DNA of 64,000 nt, taken from assembly GCF_014287615.1 (NCBI RefSeq), contig NZ_JACOOU010000010.1:17901-81900 (forward strand), given 5' to 3'. The stretch comes from Blautia celeris (GTDB taxonomy: Bacteria > Bacillota > Clostridia > Lachnospirales > Lachnospiraceae). The notes beneath the pieces are model-generated. The model did no database searches and was not told where the DNA came from. It saw only the letters and a program-made list of their open reading frames with translations. Shown here piece by piece: positions 39,349 through 48,598 of the stretch (its first letter is position 1; each line of letters begins with the position of its first letter). Made by a program: the position numbers and the translations under genes.

Positions 39349-41127
39349 TTAAAGGGCTTGTGGGGCCTCTCCTTCTGGCATCTCTCCATCCGGCGGCTCC
39401 ATTCCTTCCGGCACTTCCCCGTCCGGCGGTTCCATTCCTTCCGGCATTTCCTGGCTGCCATCTCCGGGTTTCCGGCCTTTCTGCATATCTCCTTTCATAC
39501 CGCCGCCCATTCTTCCCATGCCTCCCGCCGAGCCATTGGAGGTGACCACAGATTCCAAGGTGAGCGTACTGCTTTCACTTCCCGCTGTGAGGGTATATGT
39601 TTCTCCCTCCTGCATTTCCGGACAGCTGACCAGTACAGAAGAATACTTTTTCTTTGGTGTAAAGCTAAGCAGCTCCTTTCCGTCTTCGTCCTGCAGTGTC
39701 ACAGCAGTCTGTGCTTCCTGGGTATTGGTGAGATTGTGCAGGATGGAACACTGGGCGGAGGAATCGCTGAATCCCTGGGCCATGCCGGAACTTCCCACAG
39801 CGATGATGGTGCCACCTGTGATATCCGCGCCTCCGTTATAATCAAGGGCACCATCCCCGTCAGACACCGGCCCGTTCACATACACCGTTCCGCCTGACAG
39901 GAAGATGCTGCCGTTGGAGTCAAGGCCGTCACCCTCTGCGTCCACTTCCAGAGTTCCCCCTGTGATCTTGATGTAGGCTTCCGTGTCATTCTCCATACTG
40001 CCGTCTCCTCTTCCTCCGGGTACATCCGCCTCCTCCTCTTCTGTCTTAGCCTTTGCCGCGTTTACCGCGTCATCGCTGGCTGTCAGACTGATTTCACCGC
40101 CGTTTACCACAACTCTGCGGCCTTCCAGCCCTTCATAGCAGGCATTTACGGCAATTGCCCCATCATTTACAACCATATCCAGGTCCGCATGAAAGGCATC
40201 GTCTCCTGCATCCACAGTAAAGCTGCCTCCGTCCAGAACAATACTGCCTCCGGTGTGAAGGGCATCATCCTCTGTGTCAATGACAAAGGTGCCGCCTGCC
40301 ACGTAGATGTTCCCCTTTTCGGATTCCTCCGTATTCTCTGACTTCATCCCTTTGCCCTGGGCAGTCAGATGAAAGGTTCCGTCCAGTATCTTAATACAGT
40401 CCTTTCCTGTCATGCAGTGCTCCACTGCGCTGACCGTGATCTCACCTCCCGTAATGACCAGATCATTCTTCGAGACAATGCCGTGTTTGTAAGCGGCTGT
40501 CACATCCAGGGCACCGCTTCCGTTGACGGTAAGGTCATCCTTTGAAAAAATCACCCCGTCCACCGTGTTATCATCTGTCTGGGTATAGGTACTGCCCCCG
40601 CTCAGACTGTTTTCGCTGTTTTCTGCCAGCGTGAGAAACACCTTATCCGCATTTTTCACATAGACGGCAGCGCTTGTCTCACAGTGGACCGCCGCATTGT
40701 CAAGGACGATCTGTACCTTGTCACTGTCCCCGGCATCCACCACGATCTGTCCGCTGCTGAGCGTTCCCGTAATATGGTAAACGCCCTCCCCGGTTATTGT
40801 CAGTGTACTTTCCGTAATCTCCGCGCTGCCGCTCTCTGCCCGGATGGAATCCCCGTCAAGGGTTATCATAACCACCTCCTCCGCGTCATAAATCCCCTCT
40901 TTATCCCGATCCGCAAATTCCGTATCCACCTCCGATTCCGTCAGTTCCAGGTTCTGGTCCACACCCTCTGTACTGCCGGTCCCCGCCATCATGCCGCCTC
41001 TGCCGCTGCTTTCGGATGATGTCTCAGCCGTATTTTCACCGGCTGCCTGTCCGCTGCCGCATCCTTCAAGGGTGCCTGCCGCCAGAAAAATACCCAGAAG
41101 CACTGCTGCCATTTTCTTATTATCCAT
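39349..41127 (-). CDS. secreted lipoprotein with beta-helix repeats (carbohydrate-binding-domain-containing type), C-terminal PEGMEPPDGE repeats
   Basis: Start moved to MDNKKMAAVLLGIFLAAGTLEGC (lipobox), with an AGAGGAG RBS. Internal degenerate repeats (GGT.TVD..., DDA.H...) suggest a parallel beta-helix. The last 60 aa are three decapeptide repeats. Confidence 0.72.
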   Translation of the reverse strand: MDNKKMAAVLLGIFLAAGTLEGCGSGQAAGENTAETSSESSGRGGMMAGTGSTEGVDQNLELTESEVDTEFADRDKEGIYDAEEVVMITLDGDSIRAESGSAEITESTLTITGEGVYHITGTLSSGQIVVDAGDSDKVQIVLDNAAVHCETSAAVYVKNADKVFLTLAENSENSLSGGSTYTQTDDNTVDGVIFSKDDLTVNGSGALDVTAAYKHGIVSKNDLVITGGEITVSAVEHCMTGKDCIKILDGTFHLTAQGKGMKSENTEESEKGNIYVAGGTFVIDTEDDALHTGGSIVLDGGSFTVDAGDDAFHADLDMVVNDGAIAVNACYEGLEGRRVVVNGGEISLTASDDAVNAAKAKTEEEEADVPGGRGDGSMENDTEAYIKITGGTLEVDAEGDGLDSNGSIFLSGGTVYVNGPVSDGDGALDYNGGADITGGTIIAVGSSGMAQGFSDSSAQCSILHNLTNTQEAQTAVTLQDEDGKELLSFTPKKKYSSVLVSCPEMQEGETYTLTAGSESSTLTLESVVTSNGSAGGMGRMGGGMKGDMQKGRKPGDGSQEMPEGMEPPDGEVPEGMEPPDGEMPEGEAPQAL

Positions 41128-41132
41128 CTGTT

Positions 41133-41822
41133 TTACAGCTCCTCTCTTACAATTGCAGTCCTGCTGCATAAGATTTCCAGGTTCCCGTTTCGGCAGCGCA
41201 GGTCATCGATCATTTTTTTCTCCTCTTTCCGATTTTTCAGCACAACCTGATAATCCAGGCGGAACAGGCTGCCCATGTTGGTGGTCTTCACCTGGACCAA
41301 CTCCCAGCGTTTCAGATATTGCTCGAATATTTCCTCAAATACCTCTGTATAATCCAGTGACTCCGGAATGGTAATGCGCAGCGCCCGTTCCCGGGTCTGC
41401 TTCTCTCCAAAACGGCTGACTGTAAATATGGTATCTGCCGCGCCGATCACCACTACAAAAAGTGCCGCAATACCGATATACCCCATTCCGGTGGCAAGTC
41501 CCACTGCCATAGCCAGGAAAATACTGCTGATCTCCCTGGCTGTTCCCGGCACAGACCTGAACCTGACCAGGGAAAAGGCGCCCATCACCGCCACGCCGGT
41601 GCCCAGATTGCCGTTGACCAGCATGATCACCATCTGTACAATGGCCGGCATCAGCGCCAGGGTCACCACAAACCCTTTTGTATAGGTATTGCGGTACATA
41701 TAGATTACCGCGATCACGATTCCCAGCACCAGAGAAGCTGCTGTACATGCCAGAAATGTGCCAAGAGAAAATGCGGCGGTTGTTTCATTTACAAGAATGG
41801 ATTGAAACCATGAATTAAGCAC
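41133..41822 (-). CDS. DUF4956-like membrane protein
   Basis: GTG start with a GAAGGAGG RBS, overlapping the VTC stop by 8 nt. Four TM helices. Recurring partner of bacterial VTC-domain proteins. Confidence 0.65.
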   Translation of the reverse strand: MLNSWFQSILVNETTAAFSLGTFLACTAASLVLGIVIAVIYMYRNTYTKGFVVTLALMPAIVQMVIMLVNGNLGTGVAVMGAFSLVRFRSVPGTAREISSIFLAMAVGLATGMGYIGIAALFVVVIGAADTIFTVSRFGEKQTRERALRITIPESLDYTEVFEEIFEQYLKRWELVQVKTTNMGSLFRLDYQVVLKNRKEEKKMIDDLRCRNGNLEILCSRTAIVREEL

Positions 41823-42546
41823 AGTATTTTCCTCCTTCGTCTTTTCTTTCCTCTGCCTGCTGCATCCGGTAGGCTTTGCCGTATTTTGAGAAGGATACAG
41901 GGTAAATGCAAAGCTGGTCCAGAAGTTCGCAGAGCCATACCGGCATGGCACCGGGAATCTTAATTTCCATAAGCTGCTGCCCCTCCTCCAGGATCTGCTG
42001 TCCCCAGGTCCCCTTTTTCAGATCCAGTTCCTGATTCCGGAAGCGGATATTCCAGTCAAAGGTCACTCTCAGTTCCGGCTTTTGCGTATCATAAGCCGCG
42101 ATTCTGTCATAGGCTATGTACATGGCTGGCCTGATGTCTCTGTAATACTTTAAAAACCAGTCAATCTCCCGCAGCACCTGTGTCTCCACTCCGGGCGCCT
42201 CATGGCGCAGAAGATACCCCTCCGCCTCGGACAGCACCATACTCTCCCGGCGTTTGTATACAATTCCCTTATATTTTTTCTTCAGTTCCAGAAATACAGG
42301 CCCATCCTTTCCGGGTGTCCCGTAACTGCGGAGCCGCAGCTTTTCTTTATAGACCGGCTTTTCAAGAGATGTGCGGATAAGCCGGGCGTCCGGTGTGTCA
42401 AAATAGATATTGCATATGGTGGTTGTCCCGTATTCGTCCGGGACAATCCTTCCCCCGGTCCTTTTTATAAACTCTTTATACTGGATTTCGTCCAGCAGGT
42501 ATTTCTTCTCGTAGCGTTCAAATGTCATCTGATTACTGCCCATCAT
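41815..42546 (-). CDS. VTC-domain (polyphosphate-polymerase-like, triphosphate tunnel) protein
   Basis: MMGSNQMTFERYEKKYLL...LELKKKYKG has the VTC pattern. Start at the ATG with an AAGGAGG RBS. Confidence 0.72.
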   Translation of the reverse strand: MMGSNQMTFERYEKKYLLDEIQYKEFIKRTGGRIVPDEYGTTTICNIYFDTPDARLIRTSLEKPVYKEKLRLRSYGTPGKDGPVFLELKKKYKGIVYKRRESMVLSEAEGYLLRHEAPGVETQVLREIDWFLKYYRDIRPAMYIAYDRIAAYDTQKPELRVTFDWNIRFRNQELDLKKGTWGQQILEEGQQLMEIKIPGAMPVWLCELLDQLCIYPVSFSKYGKAYRMQQAEERKDEGGKYCA

Positions 42547-42687
42547 GTTCCTCCTTGATATTCTGTTCTTTCTTACCACCTCAGTATAACGCCCAAACCT
42601 TAAATGAACTTAAAAAGACAGACAGCAAATTTTATTTCTGCTGTCTGCCTTCCCTGTATCACGTGTACTGCTTCTGCACAGTATCCG

Positions 42688-44187
42688 CTATTTCAGGGTC
42701 ATATTCTTTTTTTCATTCACCGGAAGCTTTGCCGTAAAACAGATGCCTCTGTCTTCTGCCCTGGCTGTAATCTTTCCTTTATGAGCCTTAACAATGGCCT
42801 GGGCCACGGACAGACCGATTCCATAGCCTCCTGTCTCCCGGGACCGGGAACTGTCGGCCCGGTAAAAACGGTCAAACAGCCTGTTCAGATCCCCCTCCGG
42901 AATCTCCTGGCAGTCGTTGCAGACGGAAAGCTCCAGATACCGCTCTTTTTTCTCCAGAGATACCCTTACACTGCCCTCTTCCGGGCTGTATTTGACTGCA
43001 TTGTCCATAAGGATGGTGACAAGCTGGCGGATATTGGCTTCGCATCCGTTCATATAAAGGCCTTCCGGTATGTTTTTTTCCATCTTCAGACCTTTTGCCT
43101 GCGCCATGGGAGCAAAGGCATCCACAGACTCCCTCACAGTCTCGGAACAGGAGAAATCTGCAGTCTGAAGCCTGTCCTGCATCTCATCCAGTCTGGAGAG
43201 TGTGAGCAGGTTCCTGACCAGCTCTCCCAGGCGCTCCACCTGGTTTCGGATACTTCTGGTCCACTCGCTCTCCCCCTCACACATTTCAATCACCTCCGCG
43301 TTGGCCAGGATTATGGCAATGGGTGTCTTGATCTCATGCCCCGCGTCTGTGATAAACTGCCTCTGCTTCTCCATGCTCTCGATCACAGGCCGGATTGCCC
43401 GCCCGGACAGTACGCTTACCAAAAACAATACCAGCACCAGACAGAAAAAAGCCACAATCAGGGAGATAACGGCAAAATTCCGGATGGACTGCAGATCATT
43501 GCCGCAGTCCACAAACACTAATAGGGTCTGCCCGTCCTCCTTAACGGTCTTCTGGTATTTATACTGTCCGCAGTAGCCCTTTTCCCTGTCCTTCTTAAGC
43601 ACCTCACCGGCAAACGAAGCAGCCTCCTCCTCTGTGACTGCTGCCACATGGGTCAGATCTATCTGCATCTGTGAGACATCTGCGGCATTTTCAGACCCCG
43701 CTTTTGCTGCCGGGATCGTTACGGAAAAATATCGTGTCTCAAATGGTGTCTCCTCTGACATCCGATAGCCAAACAGACCACCTCTTCCGCGTATCCCCTT
43801 ATCCTGCGGTTCCGCAAAGGCCTCTTCCTGCTTCCGTCCTTCCCCGGTCTGCCCCTCGGGGTCCTTTGGCACTGTCTCCTCCGCGTCCTTCGGCATTGTC
43901 TCCTCCGCGTCCTTCGGCATTGTCTCCTCCGCATCCTTCGGTACTGTCTCCTCCGCGTCTTTTGGCACTGTCTCCTCCGTCATCCCGGGCGGATGGTTTC
44001 CCTTGTCCCATTGTTTCGGAAATCTCCCTCCATTTTCAGCCAGCATTTCCAGAAGAATATCGGATTTCCCCGTGACCTGAAAAATATTCAAGCCATTGAT
44101 TCCCCCTACCACCAGCAGCAGAACAGCCAGCAGGGAGATCATGGTGATCATGACAAATTTTCTCTGCAGTTTTTTAATCATATGCAT
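42688..44187 (-). CDS. sensor histidine kinase (HisKA plus HATPase_c) with a tandem octapeptide-repeat extracytoplasmic region
   Basis: HEIKTPIA H-box and the N, G1 and G2 boxes, with two TM segments. The periplasmic part has five repeats of EET(V/M)PKDA. Confidence 0.9.
   Translation of the reverse strand: MHMIKKLQRKFVMITMISLLAVLLLVVGGINGLNIFQVTGKSDILLEMLAENGGRFPKQWDKGNHPPGMTEETVPKDAEETVPKDAEETMPKDAEETMPKDAEETVPKDPEGQTGEGRKQEEAFAEPQDKGIRGRGGLFGYRMSEETPFETRYFSVTIPAAKAGSENAADVSQMQIDLTHVAAVTEEEAASFAGEVLKKDREKGYCGQYKYQKTVKEDGQTLLVFVDCGNDLQSIRNFAVISLIVAFFCLVLVLFLVSVLSGRAIRPVIESMEKQRQFITDAGHEIKTPIAIILANAEVIEMCEGESEWTRSIRNQVERLGELVRNLLTLSRLDEMQDRLQTADFSCSETVRESVDAFAPMAQAKGLKMEKNIPEGLYMNGCEANIRQLVTILMDNAVKYSPEEGSVRVSLEKKERYLELSVCNDCQEIPEGDLNRLFDRFYRADSSRSRETGGYGIGLSVAQAIVKAHKGKITARAEDRGICFTAKLPVNEKKNMTLK
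43857..43980. repeat. intragenic 24-bp tandem repeat, 5 copies (encodes the EETVPKDA repeats of the kinase)
   Basis: CTCCGCGTCCTTCGGCATTGTCTC repeated head-to-tail. Confidence 0.8.
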
Positions 44188-44198
44188 ACCTTTCCGGC

Positions 44199-44873
44199 TC
44201 AGACTTTTTTCTCCAGCTTATAGCCGATTCCCCTGGCTGCCCTGATCTCTATGGGCGCCTCCAGATTCTGCAGCTTTTTTCTCAGATAGGAGAGATAGAC
44301 CCACACCACACTCACCTCTGCCTCCGCCTCAAAGCCCCATATCTTTTCCATAAACTGTTCTGCTGAGATGAACTGGCCGGAATTTCTCATGAGCATTTCC
44401 ATCATCTGGAATTCCTTATTTCCAAGGCGGAGAGACTGGCTTTTATAAGCCAGCTCGAAATTCTCCCTGTTTAGGGTCAGACCTTCAAAATCCAGTATAT
44501 TTGCGGAAAATTCTGATTTTCTTCTGGTCATGGCTCTGATCCTGGCAAGCAGTTCTTTCATGGCAAAGGGCTTTGGCAGGTAATCATCTGCTCCCATGTC
44601 AAGGCCTGTCACACGGTCTTCAATCTCTCCTTTTGCGGTGAGAAGCAGGATCGGTACGGTACTTCCCTGCTTTCTGAGCGCTTCAAGCACTTCAAGCCCG
44701 CTCATCTTCGGCATCATGATATCCAGGATAATACCGTCATACTCAGCCGCCTGGGCCCAGTCATAGGCATCTGCCCCGTTGTAAACCACATCTATGGAAT
44801 ACTTGTTGTGTTTCAGCACCGCTGCCAGCGCATTCGCCAGTTCCTTTTCATCCTCTGCAAGCAGTAAACGCAT
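44199..44873 (-). CDS. OmpR-family response regulator
   Basis: Receiver domain with the phospho-acceptor Asp (ILDIMMP) and a winged-helix C-terminal domain. Confidence 0.9.
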   Translation of the reverse strand: MRLLLAEDEKELANALAAVLKHNKYSIDVVYNGADAYDWAQAAEYDGIILDIMMPKMSGLEVLEALRKQGSTVPILLLTAKGEIEDRVTGLDMGADDYLPKPFAMKELLARIRAMTRRKSEFSANILDFEGLTLNRENFELAYKSQSLRLGNKEFQMMEMLMRNSGQFISAEQFMEKIWGFEAEAEVSVVWVYLSYLRKKLQNLEAPIEIRAARGIGYKLEKKV

Positions 44874-44949
44874 GTTTTCCCCTCCGTTTTTGTGATAAGA
44901 TTGTTTGTTACCTTTTATCTTATCATAAAAACCTTAAAAGAAGCTAAAA

Positions 44950-44990
44950 AAATCCCCGGGCCGCAGATGATCTTCTGCAGCTCCGGGAAC
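44950..44990 (-). terminator. rho-independent terminator after the acidic lipoprotein gene
   Basis: CCCGG GCAGAAGATCATCTGC CCGGG nested hairpin with a U7 run on the minus strand. Confidence 0.6.
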
Positions 44991-45001
44991 TATATATTTT
45001 T

Positions 45002-45688
45002 TTATCCAATGGGTTCCTTCTCATCGCCGTCACTGTAAATATGTACTGCATAATTCACGCCATCTTCCACATAATACTCCACTTCCACGCTGAGGCCCGA
45101 TTTTATAATAACAGGACAATCCACAATCGCCATGCCTATATTATATTCGACTGCTCTGTCTTCTCCTTCACCTCCATAAGTACGTCCGCCTATGTTCTCT
45201 TCATCAATCCGCATGGTATTGCCATTCACATCAAGCACATATCCTGCAGTTTCGTATGTCTCTCTGCCGCCTGAAGGATCGTAATGTCCTTCTTCATCTG
45301 TGTACGCATCCTGATTTTCACTGCTTTCGTCTGTATTCTCCTGGGTGCCGGATTCATTACTCTCCTCTGACTGCTCCTGGCTGTCTGTCTGCTCCTGGCC
45401 GGCTGTCTTATCCTGATTGCTGTTCTCCTCTCCACCGGCAGTTTCCTGGCTGCCGGAATTATCACTTTTGTCCGATACCTTTACGTCTTCTGTCTTCTTT
45501 TTTGGTTCTATGACCTTTGCTTCTTCTTTCTTTTTGTTCTTGTCATTTTCTGCAGTCTTATCCTTCTTTGCTGTGTCTTCTGTCTTTGTCTTTGTTTCTT
45601 TGTCCTCATTGCTGCTGCCGCAACCTGCCAGAAGACTTGCCGATAAGATTGCCGCTGCCGCCAAAACCATAATTTTTCCTGTTCTCAT
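45002..45688 (-). CDS. acidic low-complexity lipoprotein
   Basis: Start at MRTGKIMVLAAAAILSASLLAGC (lipobox), with an AAAGGAGA RBS. Contains a long K/E/D/S/T-rich disordered linker and a small C-terminal domain. Confidence 0.6.
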   Translation of the reverse strand: MRTGKIMVLAAAAILSASLLAGCGSSNEDKETKTKTEDTAKKDKTAENDKNKKKEEAKVIEPKKKTEDVKVSDKSDNSGSQETAGGEENSNQDKTAGQEQTDSQEQSEESNESGTQENTDESSENQDAYTDEEGHYDPSGGRETYETAGYVLDVNGNTMRIDEENIGGRTYGGEGEDRAVEYNIGMAIVDCPVIIKSGLSVEVEYYVEDGVNYAVHIYSDGDEKEPIG

Positions 45689-45725
45689 TATTTTTCTCCT
45701 TTGTTTATTTCTTTCAGGGGTGGGT

Positions 45726-46766
45726 TTATACATCCAATTCCGGCTGAAAATTATTTTCTCCGGAATCGGATGATATCCTGCATGGAATCTGCTCCGGTTC
45801 CCAGGCCTTCACAAGCTTTCCATCCAAAAACCCGAATGTCTGGCGGTATATCACGCTGTCCCAAACCTCAGGGTTCTTATCTGCCCCATTACAAAATACT
45901 CCCAGGCTGTATATGATATAACTCCCCTCATATCTCTCTACCTGCTGTACATGGGATGGGTGATACCCCAGCACCAGATCTGCCCCCGCTTCAACGGCTC
46001 TGTGTGCCCACTCCTCCTGACTTTTGCCGGGCTTTTGGGCCCCTTCTTTGCCCCAGTTCATGCACACGACGATCATGTGTGCGCCTGCACCCTCAGCAAG
46101 CCGTATATTTTTAACCAGCAGTGCCTGCATATCCATGGATCTGTCAAGCACATCAATGCCGATGAAGCCAATTTGAATCCCGTTTATATTTTTGAAAGAG
46201 ACACGGTCATGTCCGAAAGCTCCGACTCCCGCTTCATTTAACGCGATAGCCGTGTCATAATATCCGTCCTGTCCATAGTCCTTTGTTCTGTCATTCGCCA
46301 GGTTCACCAGATCGATGGAACCTTCTTTGAGGATTTCCGCGTATTCTTTCTGTCCTTTGATAGGATGCTTCCTGCCTGCCGCCGTTTCCTCTGACATATC
46401 ACCGATAAAATTCGTGACATTTACATCCGCCTTTTCAAGCTCTGTTTTCACATTCTGAAAAAAATAGGCAGGGTTTTCTTTCTTCTCGTATGTCTCCAGG
46501 AAACTGCCTTTTATACCTGTTCCCCGCTCATCGCCAAAGATACAGGTACCGATCGCTCCTATTGTCACCTTTGTCATCTTGGCTTCCAGCTCCGCCTCCC
46601 GGGCTGATCTGGCCTTTAATTCCCTCTCTGCAGATACCTTTGGTACAAACACCAGGGAGAGAAAAAGCAGGGCTGCCAGCAGAAGAACTCCTGATGTCAG
46701 CATTTTCTTCATGCGTCTGACCTTGCGTGCCCGCCTGATTCGGTTCCTTCTTATCTTTTTATCCAT
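45726..46766 (-). CDS. CapA-family (PGA_cap metallophosphatase-like) protein, membrane-anchored
   Basis: N-terminal TM segment followed by a CapA/YwtB-like domain (TIGAIGTCIFGDE...VVCMNWGKE...LGYHPSHVQ). Confidence 0.78.
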   Translation of the reverse strand: MDKKIRRNRIRRARKVRRMKKMLTSGVLLLAALLFLSLVFVPKVSAERELKARSAREAELEAKMTKVTIGAIGTCIFGDERGTGIKGSFLETYEKKENPAYFFQNVKTELEKADVNVTNFIGDMSEETAAGRKHPIKGQKEYAEILKEGSIDLVNLANDRTKDYGQDGYYDTAIALNEAGVGAFGHDRVSFKNINGIQIGFIGIDVLDRSMDMQALLVKNIRLAEGAGAHMIVVCMNWGKEGAQKPGKSQEEWAHRAVEAGADLVLGYHPSHVQQVERYEGSYIIYSLGVFCNGADKNPEVWDSVIYRQTFGFLDGKLVKAWEPEQIPCRISSDSGENNFQPELDV

Positions 46767-47267
46767 AATAATCCCTCTTTTGCAGCAAAAAACTGGATTT
46801 GCTGTCCATGTTTGGTATTATATAGAAAAGATGTTACTAATATAAGCAATCTTGTTTTACGTTTACACGACTTTAATAGAACAAACTCATGACTATTTTT
46901 TTAATGAACTGACAAAGTTTGTGACTATTTTTGCGTTTCTATGTACAATAAAAAATAAATTCTTAACATGTCCCGTAGCAACTATGTAAAATTTCCTCTT
47001 TCAATCCACTGTTTAAGCCTGATTCCGGATGTAATCTATGACAAAACGCGTTATAGATGTGTAACATTCTGCTGCACCATAGGTTCCGGTTCTATATTAT
47101 CAGACTATAATAGGTTTTGCGCGATAACAGCACCAACGTAAATCGTATATGCACAAACGTTTTCTGCTGTCATCCCAAACTCCTGTATATCCCTTTACAA
47201 AACAGGACATAAAAAGAGAGGATTATACTTTTTTCATAAGCTATGCTGTAAGCAAGGAGGCAGAAAA

Positions 47268-48134
47268 ATGGAATGGTTAAAAAAACTGAGCAGTGCCATC
47301 GCATATATTGAGGAAAATCTGGACAAGGAAATTTCCTATGACAAAGCAGCGGAAATTGCCTGCTGCTCCACCTATTATTTTCAGCGAATGTTTTCCTATG
47401 TGGCAGGTATTCCCCTGTCTGACTATATCAGGAAGAGAAGAATGACCCAGGCTGCCTTTGAACTGCAGCGCACAGACCATAAGGTTCTGGATATCGCCTT
47501 AAAATACGGCTATACTTCCCCAACTTCCTTTAACCGCGCCTTTCAAAGTGTCCATGGCATTCCCCCCACCGCTGCCAGAAATGAGGGATGTGTGTTACAT
47601 GCCTATCCTGCCGTCACGTTTTCCGTGACCGTGGCAGGAGAAACGCCCATGGCCTACCGGATTGAACAGAAGGGTCCTATGCGCATTGCAGGTATCCGCA
47701 TACCCCTGACAGAAAACATGGAGAAAAATATGGAACGCATTCCCGCCTTCTGGAAACAAACCATGGAAGGCCCGAAATTCTGGGAAATCTGCGCACTTGC
47801 TGACCAGGAACCACGGAATATACTGGGCGTCAGCACTTACCGGGACCCACAGAATATCTTCTATTATATTGCTGCCCAGACAGAAGGGCCGGTGCCGGAA
47901 GATATGCTGGACTACACAATCCCCGCTGCCACATGGGTGGTGTTTGAAAGTGACGGCAGCCTGAAAGAACAGGTGCAGAGCATTTTCCGCCGCTTTATGA
48001 CAGAATGGCTTCCATTCTCCGGTTACGAGTACGCCTATCTGCCGGATGTGGAAGTCTATCCCATATATGAAAAACAGCCGGAGAACGGACATTTTCAGGT
48101 ATGGATCGCAATCACAAAGAATAAGGAGGAATGA
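47268..48134 (+). CDS. AraC-family regulator with a GyrI-like ligand-binding domain
   Basis: N-terminal HTH_AraC (AAEIACCSTYYFQRMFSYVAGIPLSDYIRKRRM) plus a C-terminal GyrI-like domain. Confidence 0.85.
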   Translation: MEWLKKLSSAIAYIEENLDKEISYDKAAEIACCSTYYFQRMFSYVAGIPLSDYIRKRRMTQAAFELQRTDHKVLDIALKYGYTSPTSFNRAFQSVHGIPPTAARNEGCVLHAYPAVTFSVTVAGETPMAYRIEQKGPMRIAGIRIPLTENMEKNMERIPAFWKQTMEGPKFWEICALADQEPRNILGVSTYRDPQNIFYYIAAQTEGPVPEDMLDYTIPAATWVVFESDGSLKEQVQSIFRRFMTEWLPFSGYEYAYLPDVEVYPIYEKQPENGHFQVWIAITKNKEE

Positions 48135-48136
48135 TC

Positions 48137-48592
48137 ATGGATCACAAAGTAGAAATCAGAGAAATCGAGCCCATACGGGCTGCATACATGAAATATCGGG
48201 GAGACGCCGCAAAAGCAAACCGCATGTTCCCCAAAGTGTTTCAATCCGTACGCGGAAAGACAAACGGGTCTCCTTTCTTCTCCTATCTCAGCATGGACCC
48301 GGAAACGAAAATGGGGAATATGGAACTGTGTGTCCCCACGCAGGAAACACCGGCCGGCAGCAGTGTAAATGTGAAAGTTTTCCCCCGCATACGGGCGCTC
48401 TGCGTCACACATACCGGTTCCTATGATACACTTTTTCAGGCATATGCCGCAATCGATCACTTTGCCGCAGAGCACCACCTGGTTCTAAGACCTCCCTTCC
48501 GGGAGATTTTCCTCAAAGGACCGGGCATGATCATAAAAGGAAACCCGGATAAATACATTACGGAAATCCAGTTTCCCATTGAGGAGGATTGA
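48137..48592 (+). CDS. GyrI-like small-molecule-binding domain protein
   Basis: About 150 aa of SOUL/GyrI-like fold. Start at the second ATG, 8 nt after AGGAGG. Confidence 0.7.
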   Translation: MDHKVEIREIEPIRAAYMKYRGDAAKANRMFPKVFQSVRGKTNGSPFFSYLSMDPETKMGNMELCVPTQETPAGSSVNVKVFPRIRALCVTHTGSYDTLFQAYAAIDHFAAEHHLVLRPPFREIFLKGPGMIIKGNPDKYITEIQFPIEED

Positions 48593-48598
48593 TAGGCC

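Noticed and set aside
46767-47267. Repeated TGACTATTTTT motif as a regulatory array upstream of the AraC/GyrI regulator
   Set aside because: Only two short copies sit in a generally AT-rich divergent promoter region. They are indistinguishable from chance.
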